A DNA stretch of 63,663 nucleotides from Pseudomonadota bacterium (GTDB lineage Bacteria > Desulfobacterota > Desulfobacteria > Desulfobacterales > JBDRRP01). A program made the translations under genes and the position numbers. Positions 8,366-17,593 of the stretch are shown one piece after another (within the stretch, counting starts at the first letter, position 1; every line of letters begins with the position of its first letter). The DNA lies in contig JBDRRP010000057.1 of assembly GCA_043825735.1 (NCBI GenBank), positions 124,001 to 187,663 of the forward strand, given 5' to 3'. Below the pieces are notes generated by a model, which ran no database searches, had not been told where the DNA came from, and worked only from the letters and a program-made list of their open reading frames with translations.

Positions 8366-11300
8366 GTTGTGGTCCGTGATGAAGGGGTTGGCCTCTCAAG
8401 CAATCAATGGTCGCCAGTAGATCCTGTTTGACGACCGGCTTGGGCAGGAATTTCCGATGTGCCGACAAGCGTGTTTTTTGTATCATGTTACGAAACCCAG
8501 TGCAAATAATTACAGGGATATCTGGGCGTATCCGTTCGATGGCGTCGGCGAGCGCATCGCCGGTCATTTCGGGCATGGTCAGATCGGTGATGACCAGGCA
8601 AAAGTCCTGGGCGCTGGCTTCAAACGCTTCCAGGGCGGTTTTCGGTCTGGTGAAGGCCGAAACGCGAAAGCCTTCGTGTTCGAGCATGCCGGTGAGCATC
8701 CGCACAATGGACGGTTCGTCGTCTACCACGAGCAGACGGTCATTGTTGCCTTTGATGCGCAAGACGGGCATGGGGACCACAACGGTCGGCTTTTCGCTCA
8801 ACAGGGGCAGGTAGACGTTCACCTGGGTTCCCATTCCCGGTTGGGAATCGAGCGTGATCCGGCCGGCGTGCGCTGCCACGATGCCGTGGACGATGGACAA
8901 CCCCATGCCGGTGCCTGATCCGGGGCCCTTGGTGGTGAAAAAGGGGTCGAAGACCCGATCTATGTTGTGGGGGGAAATCCCGGTGCCCGTGTCGGTGACC
9001 TGCAAGCGCACGTAGCTGCCGACATCCGGTGAAGGCGCCAGGTCGGCATCCGCCGGCAGTGACGTGACCACTTCGGTTGAAATGGTGAGCACGCCACCGC
9101 TGCCCTCCATCGCCTGCAGGGCATTGCTGCCCAGGTTGATGATGACCTGGTAGAGTTGAGTGGCATCGGCCAGTACAGTCAGATCTGCGTCTGTCAGGTG
9201 ATCTTCGATTTCAATGGTGGCCGGAAGGGTCGCCCTCAGAAACCGCATGGCCTCCAGGATGATCGGGGTGATCAGCACCGGTTCACGCCGGGTTTCCTTC
9301 TGCCGGCTGAACATTAAAATCTGCTGAACCAGGTCCCTGGCCCGAAGGGCGGCCGTGAAAATCTCCTTGAGGCTCTCTTTGGCTGGACTGTTCGCCGGCA
9401 GTTGCTCCTGGGCCATTTCGGCAAAACCGATGATGGGAAACAGGATGTTGTTGAAATCGTGTGCGATGCCGCCGGCAAGCGTTCCGATGGCCTCCATTTT
9501 GCGCCGCTGGCGCAGCTGGGTTTCGAGGGCGTTTTCGTGACTGACGTCCCTCAGGGTGGCCACATGGTTGATAATGTTTCCCCGGTTGTCCATGATCGGC
9601 GAGACTGTGGCATCCACCCGGTACGGGGGGCTTTCGTCGTCACCCTCAACGATAATGAGGTTGCGCCAGATGCTGCCTTTTTCAATGGTGGCCATGAGAT
9701 CTTCGGCGGCGGGAGTGATTGCGGCGCTGCCATTTTGGATGATGGCCAGGGGCTGACCGATCGTTTCTATCGCCTGTTTTGCCGTGATGCGGTAAAAGGC
9801 CGGGTTGGTGTAGATGATGCGGCCGGTCCGGTCGGTGATGACCACCGCGTCGGTGGACTGCTCGATGGCGGAAGCGAGAATGAGTCGTTCGGTCTCGGCG
9901 GCATTGCGCTCTCGGAAGAGATCGTCCAGATCCCCTTTGATGAGCGCAATGGCGTCGTACACCGGTTGCAGCGGGTGATGGACGTCGGGTGCTTCACCGG
10001 TCCGGTCCATTCCGTCCGATTCCCAGTTGATGCTTGCGAGAAATCCCAGTAGTTCATCAATGTAAGGCTGAATGCCGGCATCGGCGACCGTCGGCGGCGC
10101 TGCGGGAGGGCGCGCCGCCAACGACGGTGTTTTTACCTGGACCGCCAGTTGGCGCGCCGCCGCCATGTCCTCCACAATGCGAACGTCCATGGAGACCAGT
10201 GGCCGCAACAGATTGATGGTGGCCCGGGTCATGCGATCGGCGCCGAAGAAGACATGAAGGCGAAAGGCTGGCCGCTCCGCGAACCATCGGCTGATGGCCT
10301 CCATGTGGGCTTTTCGGGCCTTGCGTGCGGTGCCGGTCAATCGGCTTACGTCGATGGCCACAATGCACGGCTGAATGCCGGGAGGCATACTGTCGGCGGC
10401 CCGGGACAGCGCGGCCATGCTGGGTGCGACATCCTTCAAGGTGTAATGCCCGCTGCAGACACCCAGAAGGATCGTGTCATCGACGATGTCGAACCGAACC
10501 TGGTAATTGGGTGCACTATGGGACCAATTGGTTGCATCCAGACAGGTGCTTTCGGGGGGTGTGTCCCAGGCGGCTGTCTCTTTGATCTGACTGGCGGCCA
10601 GGGTGATTGCCTGGTGGTGGCTGCCTCTCACGGTTACCGGAATTGGGGCGGGTGCCAGCAGCCTTTTGAGCCAGAGGCCCGCGTTGATGCCGGCCGACGC
10701 GTTAAAGACCACAAGGCCGCAGCAGTGGCAGCCGGCCGGCGCGGGCGCGGCGGCCAGTGCTGCTATCTGGTGCAGCGCGGCGCGTACACCGGTATGGGCC
10801 ACATTCAGAAGCTCAATGTAAGCGCCGCCATGGGGCAGCATTTGGGCGAGCACGGCATTTCGGGTGGCGATCCAGCGGGAAACGGCGGCTTCTTCCATGG
10901 GATGGGCCCCGGTGACCCGGGAGGTGATGAGGCGGGCGCCGGTGCATGTCACCGTGGCGTGAAGCCCGTTACCAAGAGCCACCGCTGTCCACTGGGGCCG
11001 CTGGGTGATCGGAAGCCCCGTGGACGGGCATCGCAAGTCCTCAGCCGCCGGCGCCGCCGGCCAATCTATGTTGAGCGCCGTCCAGGCGCGCTTCAGCGCA
11101 TCGGCGGTGTCATCGGCCACCGCCACTGTGAAGTGGTAGCGCGTCACCCGCATGGCCATGCGGATGTTGACTTTGAACAGCGGCGACACATGGCAGCAGA
11201 TCAGAGCGGCAAGGTTCGGGCGGGCAATGATATCTTTGATGAAAAACCGCCGGGCTTCGAATGTCGCCCGCTGCAGATCACGGTAGTCCTCGATCTGGGC

Positions 11301-11555
11301 GTAGGGGACGCCGTCACCGATGTTCTCACAAATGACCTTGCGCACCAAAGGAATGACAACCTTCAGCGCGTCGATGGTCACATACCCTTTGACGCGGGTG
11401 TAGATCACATGGTCACCGATGACACTGATCTGGGCCTGATAATATGGGGCATCGTGGGTGTAGGTCCAGGCCGCGGACGTGCGTATCGGCAAACCTGAAA
11501 CAGGGCAGGTCGAGGTCTGTATATCATCAGCTATCTGTGTCGAGGTGCTCGTCAT
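8343..11555 (-). CDS. Hybrid sensor histidine kinase (repeated N-terminal STAS/SEC14-like modules, PAS, HisKA, HATPase, receiver)
   Basis: GIAHDFNN H-box, NLGSNA, DTGTGI, FDPFFTTK, GTGMGL and a C-terminal receiver. Confidence 0.93.
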   Translation of the reverse strand: MTSTSTQIADDIQTSTCPVSGLPIRTSAAWTYTHDAPYYQAQISVIGDHVIYTRVKGYVTIDALKVVIPLVRKVICENIGDGVPYAQIEDYRDLQRATFEARRFFIKDIIARPNLAALICCHVSPLFKVNIRMAMRVTRYHFTVAVADDTADALKRAWTALNIDWPAAPAAEDLRCPSTGLPITQRPQWTAVALGNGLHATVTCTGARLITSRVTGAHPMEEAAVSRWIATRNAVLAQMLPHGGAYIELLNVAHTGVRAALHQIAALAAAPAPAGCHCCGLVVFNASAGINAGLWLKRLLAPAPIPVTVRGSHHQAITLAASQIKETAAWDTPPESTCLDATNWSHSAPNYQVRFDIVDDTILLGVCSGHYTLKDVAPSMAALSRAADSMPPGIQPCIVAIDVSRLTGTARKARKAHMEAISRWFAERPAFRLHVFFGADRMTRATINLLRPLVSMDVRIVEDMAAARQLAVQVKTPSLAARPPAAPPTVADAGIQPYIDELLGFLASINWESDGMDRTGEAPDVHHPLQPVYDAIALIKGDLDDLFRERNAAETERLILASAIEQSTDAVVITDRTGRIIYTNPAFYRITAKQAIETIGQPLAIIQNGSAAITPAAEDLMATIEKGSIWRNLIIVEGDDESPPYRVDATVSPIMDNRGNIINHVATLRDVSHENALETQLRQRRKMEAIGTLAGGIAHDFNNILFPIIGFAEMAQEQLPANSPAKESLKEIFTAALRARDLVQQILMFSRQKETRREPVLITPIILEAMRFLRATLPATIEIEDHLTDADLTVLADATQLYQVIINLGSNALQAMEGSGGVLTISTEVVTSLPADADLAPSPDVGSYVRLQVTDTGTGISPHNIDRVFDPFFTTKGPGSGTGMGLSIVHGIVAAHAGRITLDSQPGMGTQVNVYLPLLSEKPTVVVPMPVLRIKGNNDRLLVVDDEPSIVRMLTGMLEHEGFRVSAFTRPKTALEAFEASAQDFCLVITDLTMPEMTGDALADAIERIRPDIPVIICTGFRNMIQKTRLSAHRKFLPKPVVKQDLLATIDCLRGQPLHHGPQHDAHTDN

Positions 11556-11664
11556 TTAGCGTCGTTCCATCGTCAGCTGTATGAACTCCACCTTATGAAC
11601 TGGAAAGCTATAGCGTTCGGCGGTGATACTTGTCAAACGTCGGCAGGCGCCGGTGCTCGAGACG

Positions 11665-12717
11665 TTAGCGCGTCCAGCTGAACAAACTGGCCCCGATGCC
11701 CAGAAACACGATGGTCATGACACCCAGAATGGCAAGCTCAGGGAAGACGTCCCACAGACCGGCCCCGTCATTCATGACCCGGCGCACGGCGGTGAGCATG
11801 TGGGTCAACGGGAAGATCTTGGCCGCGGCGCGGAGCCATTCCGGCGCGCCTTCCAGAGAGAACCAGACTTCGGAGAGAAACATCATGGGCCAGGAGATGA
11901 AGTTGAGCACCCCGGAAGTGAACTCTTCACTGGTGCCCCGTGCGGCCAGAATCAGCCCCAGACCGGTCATACTGAGGCTGCCAAGAAGGAAGATTAAGAA
12001 GATGTCACCATAACGGCCCACGACATGGAAAGAAAAGAGCATGTCGCTGCCCAGCCACACCACCGTCAGTGTGAACATTAACAAAAAGACTCTGGACAGG
12101 AGTTGGGCGCCGAGATACTCGACGGCGGTCAGCGGCGTGGCCTTGAACCGCCTGAGAACGCCGTTTTTCCGGTATCGGACCACCACATAGCCCACCCCCC
12201 ATAGCGCGCTGAACATCATGTTCATACCCAGGATCCCGGGAAACAGCCAGTCGATATACCGAATCTCACGGCCGTGGATTTCCTCTTTGACCGCGGTGGC
12301 GGCGGTGCCTTGCAGGCTGTCACGAAACAGGGCCGCCATCAGGTACCCGTTGGGGGAGGCGTCGCTGACCCAGTAGCGATAGGGCGGGGGACCGGTGGCG
12401 ATCAGCAAATCGATCTTATGATGCCGCAACCGGTCCACGGCGACGCTCATGTCGTCAAAACCGATGAACTCGGTATACCGGATGGATTTCAATCCTTCCG
12501 GGATGTCTGCCCGGGCCGGGTCCATCACTCCACCCGGGGAAACGGGCGCAACGCCGATCTTATACGTCTTCTGACTGCCGCCGCTGAAAATCAAGGCGAA
12601 ACCGGCAACGATCAGAAACGGAAACAGAAAGTTCCATCCGAAGGCCGCGCGGTCCCGGAAGAATTCCCGGTTGCGGGCACGAAACATGGCCCAGAAACGT
12701 CTGAACGATATGCCCAT
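11665..12717 (-). CDS. ABC-2 type exporter permease
   Basis: N-terminal TM, periplasmic loop, YIDWLFPGILGM motif and further TM helices. Confidence 0.9.
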   Translation of the reverse strand: MGISFRRFWAMFRARNREFFRDRAAFGWNFLFPFLIVAGFALIFSGGSQKTYKIGVAPVSPGGVMDPARADIPEGLKSIRYTEFIGFDDMSVAVDRLRHHKIDLLIATGPPPYRYWVSDASPNGYLMAALFRDSLQGTAATAVKEEIHGREIRYIDWLFPGILGMNMMFSALWGVGYVVVRYRKNGVLRRFKATPLTAVEYLGAQLLSRVFLLMFTLTVVWLGSDMLFSFHVVGRYGDIFLIFLLGSLSMTGLGLILAARGTSEEFTSGVLNFISWPMMFLSEVWFSLEGAPEWLRAAAKIFPLTHMLTAVRRVMNDGAGLWDVFPELAILGVMTIVFLGIGASLFSWTR

Positions 12718-12765
12718 GACGGCAGTGTCCCCTTTTTTGGATCTTTTCCCATTTAGTTGGAGAAA

Positions 12766-12966
12766 AGGGTTCGAGGATTCAAGGGTTCAAGGGTTCAAGC
12801 GACGGCATTGGGCGTCATGCGGTATTCAGGCGGCTGGCAGCCGGCCAGGACTGCATGATAGTGACACGCGCAAAATGCAAACCCACTGAGGGCGGTGCAA
12901 AGGTCTACGGTTCGAAGTCATATTGTGACGTTTTCCTTCACTCGGACCCTCGACCCCTTGAACCCT
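12766..12966. repeat. Inverted-repeat element with 8-nt periodic arms inserted between the ABC genes
   Basis: AGGGTTCG AGGATTCA AGGGTTCA AGGGTTCA ... CGGACCCT CGACCCCT TGAACCCT. Confidence 0.7.
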
Positions 12967-13013
12967 ATCTTTCGCGTTCTCTACCGTCGCTCCCGGTGAA
13001 ACCGGTTTTCTCC

Positions 13014-13904
13014 TCAGTCGCGCAACTGGCGGCCGGTCAAATGGAGAAACACGTCTTCGAGGTTCGGCGACCGGATGATCATGCCCGCCAGATCCACGCC
13101 TAGGGCGATGAGCGCCTGGAGGCAGGCGTTGACGTCTTCGGTCTGGATTTCCACGCGCTCGCCGACCTCACGGACCGGCAGGCCGATCCCGTCGATGCCA
13201 TCGCGGAAATTTACCCGGGGCAGGGTGACCGTCACCCCTTTCCGGTATTGCGTGATCAACACTTCCGGAGAGCCTTCCGCGATGATGCGCCCCCCGTCCA
13301 TGATGGCGATCCGATCGCACAGATACTGCGCTTCTTCCATGTAGTGCGTCGTGAGAATAATGGTCTTGCCTTCCGCCTTGATGTCGCGAATGATCTTCCA
13401 GAGGTCATGGCGCGCCTGGGGGTCCAGCCCGGTGGATGGCTCGTCCAGGAACAGCAGGCGGGGCCGGTTCACCAGTGCCAGGGCCAGCAGCAGGCGCTGG
13501 CGCTGGCCGCCGGAGATGCGATCGTTGTAGCTGTGGCGGATGCCCTCAAGGTGGCACCGGGCGATGAGGGTGTCGACGGCTTCGGCGTCGGTGTACAGTG
13601 CCGAAAACGTCTCCAGGGTCTCCCTGACGGTGAGAAAGCTCAAAAGCGCGGTGTGCTGGAACTGAATCCCGATTTCAGCATGGAAAGCGCCATCGCGGGG
13701 GCGGCCGCGGTACATCACCTCACCGGCCGTGGGGGGGGTGATCCCTTCGGCGATTTCGATGGTGGTGGTCTTCCCGGCGCCGTTAGGTCCAAGAAGGCCG
13801 AAACAGATGCCTTCGGGGACGGCAAAGTTCACACCGTCAACGGCGGCGAGCGCGCCGTAGCGTTTTACCAGATGCGCGACTTCCAGAACGGGGGGTGTCG
13901 ACAT
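13014..13904 (-). CDS. ABC exporter ATP-binding protein
   Basis: GPNGAGKTT, ISGGQRQR, FLDEP and TTH motifs; start may be 13922. Confidence 0.93.
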   Translation of the reverse strand: MSTPPVLEVAHLVKRYGALAAVDGVNFAVPEGICFGLLGPNGAGKTTTIEIAEGITPPTAGEVMYRGRPRDGAFHAEIGIQFQHTALLSFLTVRETLETFSALYTDAEAVDTLIARCHLEGIRHSYNDRISGGQRQRLLLALALVNRPRLLFLDEPSTGLDPQARHDLWKIIRDIKAEGKTIILTTHYMEEAQYLCDRIAIMDGGRIIAEGSPEVLITQYRKGVTVTLPRVNFRDGIDGIGLPVREVGERVEIQTEDVNACLQALIALGVDLAGMIIRSPNLEDVFLHLTGRQLRD

Positions 13905-14207
13905 GGCCAGCACTTCTCCCAAGGGGGCCCTTATCTGCGTTCACCCGGCAGGGGCCGGGCGAACCATTGCGGTTCGTTTGACGATGCGATATCGGCACAC
14001 CGTTTCACCGGCGCGGCGGCTCTGGTGAAACGTCGCGAAGAATATACGCACCGCCGGCGCCAGTGCAAGTCGTTTCCTGCAGCCGCGGGACGTGGGTGCC
14101 GGGCGCGGCGTCTTGACAATCCCGGTCTGCGGGAATAGGTTTGCCTGCATTCACGGCTGCCCTGCAGCCGAGCGCGTGGTTTTTACCCCTTGCAGCGAGA
14201 ACGGCAC

Positions 14208-14732
14208 ATGCCGCCGGTCATTGCCATCGTCGGGCATTCCGACGCCGGAAAAACGACACTCATCGAGAAACTGCTCCCGGAGCTCTCCCGGCGGGGGTAC
14301 CGTGTGGCTACGGTAAAACACGCCCACCACGGTTTTCAGATGGATAAACCCGGCAAGGACAGCTGGCGCCATCAGGCCGCAGGGGCGGCCACCGTCATCC
14401 TCATCGGTCCCGAGCAGGTGGCCGTCGTGAAATCCCAGCCCGGTGCTTCGCTGGAGGACGCACTGCCGTTTGCCGGAGACTGCGATCTGGTCATCGTTGA
14501 GGGATTCAAAAAAGCGGCCGTACCCAAGATCGAGGTCTTTCGCAGCGGCACCCGTCCGGCGCCCATCTGTCTGGATGACCCGCATCTTGCCGCGCTGGTC
14601 ACCGACGCGGCCATCGCATCGCTTTCCATCCCCGTGATCGGCCTAGATGACATTGCCCGCCTGGCCGATGTCATCGCCGCCCGTTTGTTCGGCCCCCTTG
14701 CCATCGGCAAGGAGCGCGCCGACGGGTGTTAA
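14208..14732 (+). CDS. mobB: Molybdopterin-guanine dinucleotide biosynthesis protein B
   Basis: GHSDAGKTTLIE, VATVKHAHH, DKPGKDSWRH and VEGFK motifs. Confidence 0.92.
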   Translation: MPPVIAIVGHSDAGKTTLIEKLLPELSRRGYRVATVKHAHHGFQMDKPGKDSWRHQAAGAATVILIGPEQVAVVKSQPGASLEDALPFAGDCDLVIVEGFKKAAVPKIEVFRSGTRPAPICLDDPHLAALVTDAAIASLSIPVIGLDDIARLADVIAARLFGPLAIGKERADGC

Positions 14733-14826
14733 GGCGTCTTTTGTAACCGACCTTCCTTGCCGGGCTCTTTATCAAAAAGCAGTGGACAATTTTCCATTTC
14801 GGGGCATATACCCCACCGGAGGAAAC

Positions 14827-14991
14827 ATGAACGAAATGTTGCTGTTTCTCATCGTTATCGGCGTTTGGTTCCTGCTGCAGGCCGTGATCCTGCCGCGTCT
14901 GGGTGTACCCACTTGAATGAGCGACGCCTGCCAGGTGGCGGGCAAGAAGGAAGATGATTCCGGAACAGAGCCCAAGGACCGTCACGGATGA
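14827..14991 (+). CDS. Putative small membrane selenoprotein, 54 aa (Sec30); 29 aa if the UGA is a stop
   Basis: RBS GGAGGA, ATG 14827, MNEMLLFLIVIGVWFLLQAVILPRLGVPT, TGA 14914-16, then in-frame MSDACQVAGKKEDDSGTEPKDRHG*. Hairpin GCCTGCC-AGGT-GGCGGGC at 14926-14943. Confidence 0.65.
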
Positions 14992-15568
14992 AGATGCTGA
15001 AGTGATCCGGGCCATCAACGATGGCCGCCCGGATCGCTTTCAGGAGATTGTGCAGCGCTATGAAGGCCGGCTGTACAATTTCGGTTTGAAAATGTGCGGG
15101 CACGTCCAGGATGCGGAAGACCTCGTGCAGGAGACCTTCCTCAATGCCTTTCGCTACATGGGCGGCTTCCGCTTTGAAACCAAGTTCAGGAACTGGCTTT
15201 ACCGGGTGGCCACCAGCGTCTGCCTCAAAAAACGGCGGCGCTCCAAGTTTGCCCCGGAAAAAGAGCTTTCCCTGGAAGAATTTCTTCCCGCCGAGGGAGA
15301 ATCCCCACCGGATGCGGTGCCGGAGTGGGCGGCCCAGCCGCTGGATCAGCTGCTCACCAGCGAACTCTCGAAGGTGATTCGGGATGCTATCGTCGATTTG
15401 CCCGAGAGCTACCGCCTGGTGGTGGTGCTTCGGGACCTGGAGGGATTTTCCACCGAGGAGACGGCGCAGATGCTGAGTCTGACGCCGACCAATGTCAAGG
15501 TCAGGCTCCACCGGGGCCGACTGTTTCTCCGGGAAAAGCTGAAAGGATATTTTCTCGATGCCCCATGA
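14954..15568 (+). CDS. ECF (sigma-70 family) RNA polymerase sigma factor
   Basis: DAEDLVQETFL, FRNWLYRVA and region 4 EGFSTEETAQML..NVKVRLHRGR. Confidence 0.93.
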   Translation: MIPEQSPRTVTDEDAEVIRAINDGRPDRFQEIVQRYEGRLYNFGLKMCGHVQDAEDLVQETFLNAFRYMGGFRFETKFRNWLYRVATSVCLKKRRRSKFAPEKELSLEEFLPAEGESPPDAVPEWAAQPLDQLLTSELSKVIRDAIVDLPESYRLVVVLRDLEGFSTEETAQMLSLTPTNVKVRLHRGRLFLREKLKGYFLDAP

Positions 15569-15821
15569 CCATCATTCCCGCGAAGACTGCGTGGCCCTGT
15601 TCGATAAACTTTCAGCCTATCTCGACAACGAACTGGACGCGGCCACCTGTGCTGAAATCCGGGCCCATGCGGAGGGCTGCGTTGCCTGCAAGGCCTGCAT
15701 CGACACCCTCAAGCAGACCGTTGCCCTGTGCCACGGTCTCAAGGCCGAGAGGCCCTCTCCTGAATTTTCCCGACAGCTCAAGACCCTCATCGCTCAGATG
15801 ACCCGCTCGGCCCGATCCTGA
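15558..15821 (+). CDS. Soluble zinc-finger (zf-HC2) anti-sigma factor
   Basis: C..LSAYLDNELD..C..HAEGCVAC (HxxxCxxC); overlaps the end of the sigma gene; no TM. Confidence 0.88.
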   Translation: MPHDHHSREDCVALFDKLSAYLDNELDAATCAEIRAHAEGCVACKACIDTLKQTVALCHGLKAERPSPEFSRQLKTLIAQMTRSARS

Positions 15822-15915
15822 TCCATGCGTGTTGGCCGGAAAGCAATTTCTCCGGCTCGGCCCGGGAGCATCGACTCGGCATGGTCAAATACCTCAAATG
15901 AAATCCAACAATCAA

Positions 15916-17139
15916 TTACAGCGCTGCAAACGGCAGTGCCGTCACCCCGGAACCCAGGGGCAGGCGGATATCGCCGGGATGGACGACGTAACCGGGTTGG
16001 ACCCGCGTGCCGTAATCTTCCCGAAATTTTCGGATGGCGCCGGCCATGGCCGGGCGCGGCGTTGCGGAAAGCTTCACCTCGATGGGGATCAGTCGGCCAT
16101 CGGTGTCGATGACGATGTCCACTTCCGTTCCTGTGGCGGTCCGCCAGAAATACACCTGGGGATCGATACCAGTATGCGTCAGGGTTTTATAGATTTCGGA
16201 AAGCACGGCCGTTTCCATGATCGTGCCGCCCATTGGGCCAGCGGCCGCATGGCGGGGATCTTTAAGACCGGTCAGGTAGCATAGCGTTCCCACATCGGTG
16301 AAATAGGCCTTGGGCGTCTTGACGAGCCGCTTGCCCACGTTGGCAAAGTAGGGCCTGAGCACAATGACCTGATAGGTGGCCTCCAGGACGGAAAGCCAGG
16401 CCTTGATCGTGTTGACGGCCACACCGATATCACGGGCCAGTTCGGTGAGGCTGAGCAGCTGCGCGCTGCGCGCTGCCAGGGCTCTGAGAAAAATCTGGAA
16501 CTGGGACAGATCGCCCACCTGTCGCAGGGTGCGGACATCGCGCTCAAGGTAGGTCTGGACATATCCGGCATGCCACAGTGAGGCATCCCGCTGTGGATTG
16601 GAAACAAGCTCGGGATAGCTTCCCCTCAGAAATCCCTTCCAGATATCAGCCTGCGAAGCTGTTGATGCGTCCCGAAGCGATTCGCCGGGCATCCAGGGCA
16701 GCGGCGCCAGAGGGCACCCCTCGGCCTCCCGGCGTGAGAAGGGCAGCAGGCGCAGCATCGCCACGCGTCCGGCCAGCGACTCGGTGATTTTTTCCACCAG
16801 CAGGAGGTTCTGGGGGCCTGTGAGGAGGTACTGTCCGGCCTGGTTCCGATCCGCGTCGATTTTTTCCTTGATATAGGGCAACAGATCGGGTGCGTGCTGC
16901 ACTTCATCAAAAATCACCGGCGGCGGGTGCATATCGAGAAAACCACGGGGGTCTTCATTTGCGGCCACCCGGACGTCCGGAGGCTCAAGAGACACATAGC
17001 CGTACTGCTGACTAAAGAGCTCCCGCAGGAGTGTTGTTTTCCCCGATTGACGGGGACCTGTCAGGACCACGGCGGGAAACTCACGGGCAGCTTTCTTGAG
17101 AACCGGTTCCAAGGATCTTTGGATATAATTTTTTATCAT
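15916..17139 (-). CDS. AAA_14 ATPase with DUF4143 domain
   Basis: GPRQSGKTT, FDEVQ, ESLAGR, KRLVKTPK and YFWR..EVD..IEVK motifs. Confidence 0.9.
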   Translation of the reverse strand: MIKNYIQRSLEPVLKKAAREFPAVVLTGPRQSGKTTLLRELFSQQYGYVSLEPPDVRVAANEDPRGFLDMHPPPVIFDEVQHAPDLLPYIKEKIDADRNQAGQYLLTGPQNLLLVEKITESLAGRVAMLRLLPFSRREAEGCPLAPLPWMPGESLRDASTASQADIWKGFLRGSYPELVSNPQRDASLWHAGYVQTYLERDVRTLRQVGDLSQFQIFLRALAARSAQLLSLTELARDIGVAVNTIKAWLSVLEATYQVIVLRPYFANVGKRLVKTPKAYFTDVGTLCYLTGLKDPRHAAAGPMGGTIMETAVLSEIYKTLTHTGIDPQVYFWRTATGTEVDIVIDTDGRLIPIEVKLSATPRPAMAGAIRKFREDYGTRVQPGYVVHPGDIRLPLGSGVTALPFAAL

Positions 17140-17593
17140 GGCGGTATCTGCAATTATGCATTGCAAATGCAAAATTGCAAGGCAAAAATCGGCAAGCCAT
17201 ATATAAACGCTGACGATCGATATTGATTTGAGTGAGGCCCGGACCGGTTTTCTGGAGGTGCTTTCGGTGAGGAAATCAAGCGTTTCTTAGCATGCGGTAT
17301 TTCCGGCCCTTGCCGGCGCAGGGCATGTTCTGATCTTCGGCGCCGGAGCAGAGATGCCGATTCCGTCGGAGGAAGCTGAAAACATCCAGTCTAATCGGCC
17401 GCTTCCCCGCCCCGGCGCCCCCTCCGGCGCGCCGCCCCTCCCCGGGAACCAGAATTGTGGATTCCGCTTTTCTCAAGAAAATATACTATATCTATAAATT
17501 ACAATGACATACGACCATGGCCCATAAGTTGCTATGTCCATGATGCCGAACCGCACCGGTTTGCCGGTGTGTTCTGAAACGAGGATGCACCCC

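Noticed and set aside
10149..11498. 449-aa plus-strand ORF, and similar long antisense ORFs at 24126, 31818 (alternate frame) and 62191
   Set aside because: They overlap well-supported genes and have low-complexity Arg/Gly/Ala-rich translations.
15916..17139. AAA-DUF4143 gene as part of a defence system
   Set aside because: Solitary gene with no adjacent defence or mobility genes.
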